The position numbers and the translations under genes were made by a program. DNA of 64,000 nucleotides from contig JAKMXF010000255.1 of NCBI GenBank assembly GCA_024704765.1, forward strand, positions 1 through 64,000, in the 5' to 3' direction. Of the stretch, positions 56,258-64,000 are shown piece after piece. Origin of the DNA: Oopsacas minuta (lineage: Eukaryota; Animalia; Porifera). The notes below the pieces were generated by a model. The model was not told the DNA's origin and did no database searches. It worked only from the letters and a program-made list of their open reading frames with translations. Within the stretch, counting starts at the first letter, position 1; each line of letters opens with the position of its first letter.

Positions 56258-58603
56258 CTAAAATAGATTGACAGTCGGTTCGCTGACACTTGAGTCCCGT
56301 GAAGTACTGCTGTTTGAGTGACCAGACGTTAAATCCTCTGCTTCTACTGTTACAGCAGGGAATACACCTGTTATCCCGTTATAGCTTCCTGTCCACCAAT
56401 CTTCATCCTCTTTAGACACGATCTGGATGAATATCCCTTCTGGGAAAGATAACTCATCGTTCTCTCCAGCATCGTACGCACAGATAGATCGTACCTTAAG
56501 AGAGTGGGACTGGACACTAGTTGTGGAGCCTTGTGTGTGTAGGCTTGGAATGGAAGTTGAGGATGTTATAGAACCAGGAGTAGACGGTCTAGACACTACC
56601 TGTACATATGAAGAGGGAAAATACCCTCCATCTCCTCTAAGGTTAACTCCCCAGCACCAACCATTATCTTCCTCCTCCTTTATCTCAACCATTTCATTCT
56701 CAAATATGGAAATATCCTCCTCTGTAGTAGCCTGGAAGCTGTATAGCACTGTAGCCATCTTCTTGGTAGAACTGTTGTCTATCTCAGACATCTCATCATC
56801 AGAACTCGACGCCTCCATGAAGGAGGAAGAGTGGATAAATCTGGGAGAGAATGGATCTGTGTTGTTGCTATGGTCACCTATAGCTAGACCTGATGCTTTG
56901 GACACTAGCAGAGAAGGTGTAGGTTCTGCTACACTGTTTCTGTCCTGGTTAGCAGTGTTAGTGAGTCTAGCGAGATTATGAGTATTGACATTCTTAGAGT
57001 CTCTATTGGTTGTTAGGGCAGAACTGCACTGAGTACGAGACACGTCCTGAGCACTCGTACGATATTTTTCAATGTCTAAACCGAGAGCAGAAAGGAGAGA
57101 TAACTTACTTTCTGATCGGAGAATATTTATCTCAGAATGTCGCATTTCCCGTTTCAGTATTTCTATTTTCTGCTCCGCCTCCAGATAGGCTTCTTCTGTC
57201 CCGAATTCAGGTGTTTTGGTGTAAGCGTCGTATACAGAATTAAGTCCTTTCATAGCCTTACTCTTCTGCAGGATCCTATCTTGTTCCTGTACTACCTGCA
57301 ATGTTAGATTCTGTGCTGTCTTGGTGAGTACAGTATAAGACCCGTACTCTTTGGATAGAGTATGAATATGATCGTTATTGTAAGGCTCAAACTCACAACT
57401 AAGAGATGTAGTGAAGACAGGATTATCAGATAGAAATGTATCTACTTCATATTGAGATTTGGTCTTATACGTAGCGGTTAGGAAGTTCAGAAATTGTGAT
57501 TTTATATCATCAAATGTTTCGACACAGGCTCGACCTATTGTTATCATATGATCTCTCATTTCTCTGAAGTATGATCCGCTCAGATCTTTGCATAAGTCCT
57601 GCATGTAAGTAAATTGGTACTTGTTAGCATGACTATTGAATGCTTCAATCAGCATCAAATACTCGTTACGACAATCTGTAGTTTTACGTTCTGTTGTTAT
57701 AACCTTACGTTTTGTTTTAGAGAAGTTCTTCTCCAAATGAGAGTGAGTTTCAAACATGCTTGTTCTACCACCACGCTGTTTAGCCTCTATTTGACTGAAT
57801 TTCTGTCTGATATCACAAGCTTCTTTCTCAGACTCATTATAGTTTCTGTGACTCTTTGACAGCTCCTTAGCACTAGTTATAAGTTCTGCTGACAACTGTT
57901 GAGCTTGTTCTTGTCCCCTCTTGAAGGAGATCTCCCGTGCTCTCCTCTTGGAGCGAATAATATTACAAACATCATTTGATAGGACTTCTGATATCTTGCC
58001 CATACCCTCTGATAGTGAGCGACAGGCCTCAAGGATTATTTTCCAGATATCAAGAAGGGAGCGATCTTCAGTTTCGGGGATATCTTTGTCCGCGGGTAGT
58101 TTCTGGGTGAACTGCGATACCAGTCCGCTCAACTTTTGACTGTAATCTTTATCAAGAGCGGCTTTATGCTTTGTGAAAGATTTCAAATCATCCATCATTT
58201 CTAGATCGAAGCTGAATTTGTTTGCCAATTTTGTACATTGTTCATCCAAATTATTCCTTAGATTTCTTACAAACATAATCTTGTCTTTCTTGACATGAGA
58301 GGGAGAGGTGCTGGACGACGCACGAATTTGATTAGAACTACTACTTGGGATGTCTAGCAGATCGTTTGATCGAATATTTGTTGTTGAGTACATCGAGTCT
58401 GCAAGGTTGATTAGCTTCCCTTCTTTTGCTGTCTTTTCTGCTAGCAGAGTTGGGTGTTTGGCTTTTCTAAAACCGAAGTTGTTTATGAGTGTTCTCTTGG
58501 AAAATCGATTTTCTGGATTGAAACAAGAATTTATAGGATATTTGCCTTGTTTGTAACTAGTAGATGCAACCACATTATTAATATTTATACTTCTACCCGA
58601 CAT
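56258..58603 (-). CDS. FCHSD: F-BAR and double SH3 domain protein (FCHSD/Nervous wreck family), intronless
   Basis: F-BAR region (DDLKSFTKHKAALDKDYSQKL..CRNEYLMLIEAFNSH), a coiled coil, and two SH3 domains (ATVLYSFQ..GWCWG..GYFPSSYV; SICAYDA..ELSF..DWWTG..GVFPAVTV). First ATG at 58603. Confidence 0.88.
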   Translation of the reverse strand: MSGRSININNVVASTSYKQGKYPINSCFNPENRFSKRTLINNFGFRKAKHPTLLAEKTAKEGKLINLADSMYSTTNIRSNDLLDIPSSSSNQIRASSSTSPSHVKKDKIMFVRNLRNNLDEQCTKLANKFSFDLEMMDDLKSFTKHKAALDKDYSQKLSGLVSQFTQKLPADKDIPETEDRSLLDIWKIILEACRSLSEGMGKISEVLSNDVCNIIRSKRRAREISFKRGQEQAQQLSAELITSAKELSKSHRNYNESEKEACDIRQKFSQIEAKQRGGRTSMFETHSHLEKNFSKTKRKVITTERKTTDCRNEYLMLIEAFNSHANKYQFTYMQDLCKDLSGSYFREMRDHMITIGRACVETFDDIKSQFLNFLTATYKTKSQYEVDTFLSDNPVFTTSLSCEFEPYNNDHIHTLSKEYGSYTVLTKTAQNLTLQVVQEQDRILQKSKAMKGLNSVYDAYTKTPEFGTEEAYLEAEQKIEILKREMRHSEINILRSESKLSLLSALGLDIEKYRTSAQDVSRTQCSSALTTNRDSKNVNTHNLARLTNTANQDRNSVAEPTPSLLVSKASGLAIGDHSNNTDPFSPRFIHSSSFMEASSSDDEMSEIDNSSTKKMATVLYSFQATTEEDISIFENEMVEIKEEEDNGWCWGVNLRGDGGYFPSSYVQVVSRPSTPGSITSSTSIPSLHTQGSTTSVQSHSLKVRSICAYDAGENDELSFPEGIFIQIVSKEDEDWWTGSYNGITGVFPAVTVEAEDLTSGHSNSSTSRDSSVSEPTVNLF

Positions 58604-60108
58604 TATATACACACAGTACTGCTTGCACAAGCTCAAACTTTTCTTAGTATTAGAAGCAAACTTATAACTGCGTACTTTGATTGATGATTTATACTCATTG
58701 ACATGTCTATGTGGATGAATTTAGAGCGCCAGAATTCTTAATAATTAAGTAGACACCTATACTCTACAATTTCTAAGGCTTAATTATTCAACCAAGAATC
58801 TTTTGTTATAATTTATTAGCTGAGACTATCTAAAATGCCACTGTTTATGGATCGTATTAATCCCTATAATGTAAAAGGAAATTGCTTCCAGAGATGTGAG
58901 AATTTCCTTTCGATAACGCTAACTGCCACAGAGTGGATACTCAAGTGTTTCTAATCAATTCCTTAAAAAATAATCACACCTAAGCACAGTAAAAATAGCT
59001 ATTCGTAATCTTCATTTGACAGACAGTTTTACAATTATGAAAAAAATGTATATATTCCAAAATCCACCATTTAGGCTCACGTAATTTGGGGACGGGATCT
59101 GTGTGTCAGACTGACAGCACGTCAGAACAGGGGTAATACGCCTAAAACTGCATCATAGTTCTTTCATACGCGTACGCCTCATACGATATACAGAGGAGCC
59201 TTCGTAAAATTTCGTACATCTCGAGATTTAATAGCTGAATTATTGGAGCACCGCTTACGCCTGGATACCCTGCGTCAGAACTATAATTGCTCCGAGCTAC
59301 GACGCATTGACGATTTAATGATCACTATACATATGTATGATTATATATTAAGACTCCTTCGAATAATATTTTTCCTAGAGCTGTCGTAAACAGACATCAT
59401 GAATAAAATTATCGATAAAATCATAATTCACATCATTGAATGACGATAATTAATCTTGGGGTAGTGTGGATTCATTCAAGACTTATTTTACAAATTACAA
59501 ATGAATGCGTCATATCGACAATATCGAAATAAGTATTGTAGTAAGATGCAAATTATACAACTACGGGTTTATTACTTTATTTATTTAAAAGCACAAGCAA
59601 TGGATACACGTAAAGTATAGAAATCTTTAGATTATAAGAGGCCATGTCTAAGTATATAGTATCAGGTTTCTCACTCACTCATAGTTAGGTTGTAGAATTC
59701 AAAACTCTATGATTAAAAGTATATTATTAAATTTTGCAAAGATTGTGAGATTGGTTAAAGATGCAACTGTTGCTCAGTCAGATTGTAGAAGTCTTCCGGG
59801 TTATACAGGTGTCCGTCGGTTGATGCAGGTTCCACTGTAGCCCCAATTGATTTATGAAAAAAAGAGAATAATTCATTATTTATTGCTAGTTATTTGAAAT
59901 ATTAATTACACTTAGAAACAAACATTTATTCGAAATTACACATATCGAAAATATAGGAATGGTTGTGTGTCTTGTATAAACTACTCCAAATCTGAATTAA
60001 AGTCGAGAACGTCTGCTTTGAGAATGTATAAACGTAAAATCTGTCACTTGCAAAAGTTATCACCTGTCTAAACAGCTGTTCTTAAAATTCATAGAAATAG
60101 AAAAGTGA

Positions 60109-63100
60109 TCAAGTGTCCTGTAATGATGTAAACTTTGAGTTATTCAGTATATCAACAACATTATTATGTCCTGGATAACCCTTTAGACTCAAAACAAAGC
60201 TAATACAGCCAAATGCTATTTCACTACCATGTCTCAAACACCCTAATCCTTCCCATCCATCCTCTGGTGTAGTATACTGTATTCTGTTGTGAATACATTT
60301 ACATTTCACCTTTGAATCTAAAATAAAATGAGAATATTTGTGAATATTTCTAAGTCTAAGATATCATAACACATTCGTAATTAGATCAGTGGTCCCTAAC
60401 CTTTGGCCCTGTCGACCCCTCTATTGTCCTGTGATCACCAACGGGTCCATGTCCACAGCGCCCAGGTGATTTAGTTGGTATCAAAACTGATAAATTTAAC
60501 ATATTTTGGATATTTATGTAATCTATTTATTGCTGTTTATTAGGTGCTCAGGTCTAACTTACTATTTCTATCATCTACATCAGGAAGGAGATTATCATAC
60601 TTAAGATTTATTGATGATTTAGTTGTTTCCCGAGGTAGCAATAATTCATTATCAGTCGTCTCTACACTCTCTTCATTCTCAAAACTAATTTGATTTCCTG
60701 TGTAAAGATATTTCTTAGCCTTTAGAATATTCTCAGATATCCAATCTTTATCTCTAGCTAACTTGCTGGTGATGAACCCTCGCTCTCCTCTAGGACCACT
60801 CCTGATTGCATGGATATCTGATAGGAAGATAGGAATTTCGTTTAATGTGGTTGGGTTGGCTTTTGTGAGATCAGGTCCGTATAATGTCCTGTCTACAGCT
60901 GTTCCATGAGAACTGTAGTTGAGCAGGTTAAATAGACCAGTAACACGGTCATGGAATATGCTTGCATGACGACCAGACACAAACTCACATTCTCCGTAAT
61001 CTCTTAAGTTGATATCCATTTTAGAGTCTTGAAGAGACAAGAATTATATATTACAGTAAATGCCGGTTATAAGAACACCCTTGGGAGGAATGTATGAGAA
61101 CCGTTTTCCAGAGGATGACGTTTATCCACTATATTATTATTTATTTATATATGGCTATTTTTGACAAACAAACAAACAAACAAACAAACAACAAATCAAT
61201 ATACACTTACCTATTCCTATATAAATGCTCTTATATTCCAGTATAATAGCTGGTCCTTTACCAGATAGAGGAAGTAGAATACCTCTAGGTAGATGTACTG
61301 TACTAGCACGTAGCGTTTCAATATCCAAATTCTTAGAATTATACATAGCCTCTCGTTGTTGTTGTTGAGTCGGTGCAGCAGCATTGAACTGAGAGAGGAG
61401 AGCATTACTGTCAGGGAAAAGTTGTCTCAACCTTTCTATTGCTAAAAGCTCAACTAGTTTAGGATCTAACTTCGTGACGTCAGGAGCTAGAAATACAAAA
61501 TAACCATGGATATTAGAATGAATATTGCAGTACAAACTTACATATGGGTAGCGGTCTGACTTTAGGTAGTTTATCTGTATTATTCATTTTGGAGTTAGTA
61601 ACGAATTGATTGTATTGTATAGGTTCCTGTTCGTTAGATTCAGCTGTTTTCAACGGATTCGTTTCCTGGCGAGTTTGTGTATGAATTCTGTCCTGTAAAT
61701 GTGGTTTCTTCGCTTCTGTTTGTGTCTTATACCCGTTCTTCGATCGTTTGACATTTTTCCCTTTCTGAGAGGGTCCGAGTTTAGAGGGTGCGGGGGTGTC
61801 TGGTTTCTTGAGGATCTCAGAGAGAGGAGGAATGTCTGGGGTGGGAATATCACCGGGTTCAGTGGAGCTATCTTTAGCCGGAGGGAGTGGAGGGTAACTC
61901 TCTGGATTGACAAGAGACTGGAATGCGTATCTTACCTTTAAGAGATTATAAGCTGCAGTTAGCACTTGTTCATCTACACCTAAGGTAGGATCAGATAGAA
62001 TGGCAGACATAGCATCCTCCCTTCTATCGTTAGTCAGCTCAGCAGTCGTAGCCTCTGCTAGGGTAGAGGTAGGTCCTGTGGGTGTTGGAGGAGACTCGGG
62101 AGTCTCCATGGCTTGTAGATGTGAATTCACAAGATTTCTAGTAGCCTGTATGTGTATATGAATAATCATATGTATAATGTTATATAGCCTAACCTCCACA
62201 AACGGGAAACATCTGGAAATGGAGTGAACTTAAATAGAGTGAATTCATGTCTCATACAAATAGACCCTCATAAAAGAGAATTTGGCAGAAAAGGCGAAGC
62301 ATTTATCGGCGTCCCTGAGACCAGTTTGTGGAGGATACATTGAACATATATGATACTCACTTCATCATGTTCAGCTGTTCTAGGAACACCACAAGGTGTT
62401 GGCACTCTCATGTCACACTCAGCTGCGATATAAAGAACTTGCTCCTTAGGTGTGAAGAGACATTCCAAAAGGGAAGGTGTGTTGTCTTGTGTCAGTGGAT
62501 TCTCATACAGAGATTTTATACCAGCTGGTACGCTTATAGGCTCAGGTCGACAGTAGAAAGAATACACATTCTTTCTTGTGAGTATGTTGCTAGGGAGTAA
62601 CAAATTGATACAATAGGTATTTACAACTTATTTTATATAATGTATACCTCTGAATAGCATCGCAACAGAATTTCCGTTTGATAGCCTCTTCGTTCACAGG
62701 CTGTTTCATCATGTCCATTACTTCCATACGTTTTGTAACACGGGGATGTTGGAAGTTCTCGATATCATGGTGAGGATGACAGGGACACATCCACAGGCGG
62801 GTAGGAGCGTTGGTTAGTGGCGGGTCTAAACAGTCCAAGTGGAACATGAGGGGACAGAAATCACAGAGTACGGTTGGACCGGTTTGAGATGTTCTATAAG
62901 AATTTCACACAAAATAAGAAATTTTAAAATAATACATTTCAACTCACTTATTGCAGTAGAAACAGAATTCTCTCATTTCGAGATCTCGCTTGTCAAGAGG
63001 AGGCATGGTAGATAGCTGTCTGGAAGTATAACGGATATAAATACAATATGTATTAATTGTGAGTACACTAACTAACCCGTTAGCCATTTTAGCTGTTTCT

Positions 63101-63632
63101 CGCTTATCACCTGGAAATATAGTGTTCTTAGCGTAGGAAGGTGGTAGAGAGAATTGAGTGGAGTTAGATTTAGAGAGGGTGTGAGCCATGTCTTTCAGGA
63201 TACCTCTAAATTTGTTAGGTTCCTAGATAAGGGATAACTTCACATAGTATATTCCTAAAACAGTTTCCTTTAACTAACGTTAATGTTCCTGCATTTCCTA
63301 CACTTCCATTCTCCTTCAGGTAGCTCGTCAGGATCGACAGGAGGGTCACTGAGGAAATGAGAATAAATATTAGACAAAAATTTATAAGTACTGACAACTA
63401 ACTGGCAGTAGAAGTGGAATGCAGACGGACAGCTATCACAACAGAGTAGATCTCCACCTTCTTTACACGAGGAACAGAACTCATGATTAGACATCCTCCC
63501 TCCTTTCTTGCTGCTACTCATATGGGAGTGATAATGATGTCCTCCTCTGTGCTCCTCCTTGTTATCATGTGTTCCTCTCTTCCTGCTAGCAGCACGACTA
63601 GTGGCGGACTGGTGGGGAGCAACAAGTGCCAT
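60109..63632 (-). CDS. PHF12: PHD finger protein 12 (two PHD fingers plus a C-terminal FHA-like domain), multi-exon
   Basis: PHD1 NHEFCSSCKEGGDLLCCDSCPSAFH..GEWKCRKC; PHD2 LCDFCPLMFHLDCLDPPLT..LWMCPCH; DINLRDYGECEFVSGRHASIFHD..LLNYSSHGTAVD; GWEGLGCLRHGSEIAFGCISFV. Confidence 0.9.
60387..60470. mobile_element. hAT-like MITE remnant in a PHF12 intron
   Basis: The left end CAGTGGTCCCTAACCTTTGG resembles 53365; the right end is not clear. Confidence 0.4.
61052..61133. mobile_element. MITE family C in a PHF12 intron
   Basis: tacagtaaatgccggttataagaacaccctt..ttttccagaggatga..tccactata; core shared with 27051-27164. Confidence 0.6.
61163..61192. repeat. (AAAC)n microsatellite in a PHF12 intron
   Basis: Read directly from the sequence. 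Confidence 0.85.
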
Positions 63633-64000
63633 TATTTTCTACAAATATATTGAAGTTACACAGACAGTCAATTCTCCTTGTATAGTAGCCATGACCCACA
63701 ATTATTACCTCGGTACATGCAAGTGATTGTTCCCATTTTACCAAATTCGAACATTCGATAAAAACCGGTTCGATATAGTGTAGCCTCCACAAACGAGGTA
63801 ACGGGATATCATTTTTCAGCGGCCCTGGCGGTTATAGTACTTTACTGTACTCTTATTTCTAAGTATTAAACTTACGTCCAGAACATAAATCGGTGCATCT
63901 ATACTCATCTCTCCTCTGATCTTGCTGAGGCTATTTTAATGTGCTTAGGGAATATTTGATGAAAGAATGTAAATTAGAAAATAATACTACAATAATTAGA

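Noticed and set aside
323-63792. The many 60-130 aa ORFs antisense to or overlapping the called genes
   Set aside because: They are shadows of real coding exons or intron read-through, and have no independent motifs.
63745-63849. MITE-like remnant upstream of PHF12 ending in TTACTGTA
   Set aside because: Only one terminus is recognisable and it cannot be assigned to a family with confidence.

Overview
AT-rich, gene-dense animal genomic DNA with short GT-AG introns. It is not prokaryotic, and I found no CRISPR array, rRNA or tRNA. The compact layout, gene content and repeated coiled-coil/NHL genes suggest a compact-genome non-bilaterian such as a sponge (inference only). About 21 protein-coding genes can be reconstructed: INTS3, PPP4R1, PDCD6, a lid-less Hsp70, an orphan spliced gene, a WRNIP1-like AAA+ gene, a DEPDC1/7-family gene, two coiled-coil/NHL genes, an ABCB9-like half-transporter, PEX14, TOP3A, MRPS6, two tandem Ig/FN3-type single-pass receptors, a MICAL-family monooxygenase, DNAL4, an ankyrin-DHHC palmitoyltransferase, an LRR gene, a thrombospondin-family gene, FCHSD and PHF12. 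Many copies of several MITE families sit in introns and next to start codons. The strongest candidate for a new system is a six-exon, phase-consistent MICAL whose flavin monooxygenase domain is followed by a PUB-like (p97/VCP-binding) domain instead of the usual CH, LIM and bMERB domains. Other notable items are a WRNIP1-like pseudo-ATPase (Walker A K->R, Walker B E->N), a minimal thrombospondin with DDD->NNN, a divergent receptor pair with one ITIM-like tail, and MITE termini that coincide with 5' splice sites. All exon models were built by hand and need transcript confirmation.
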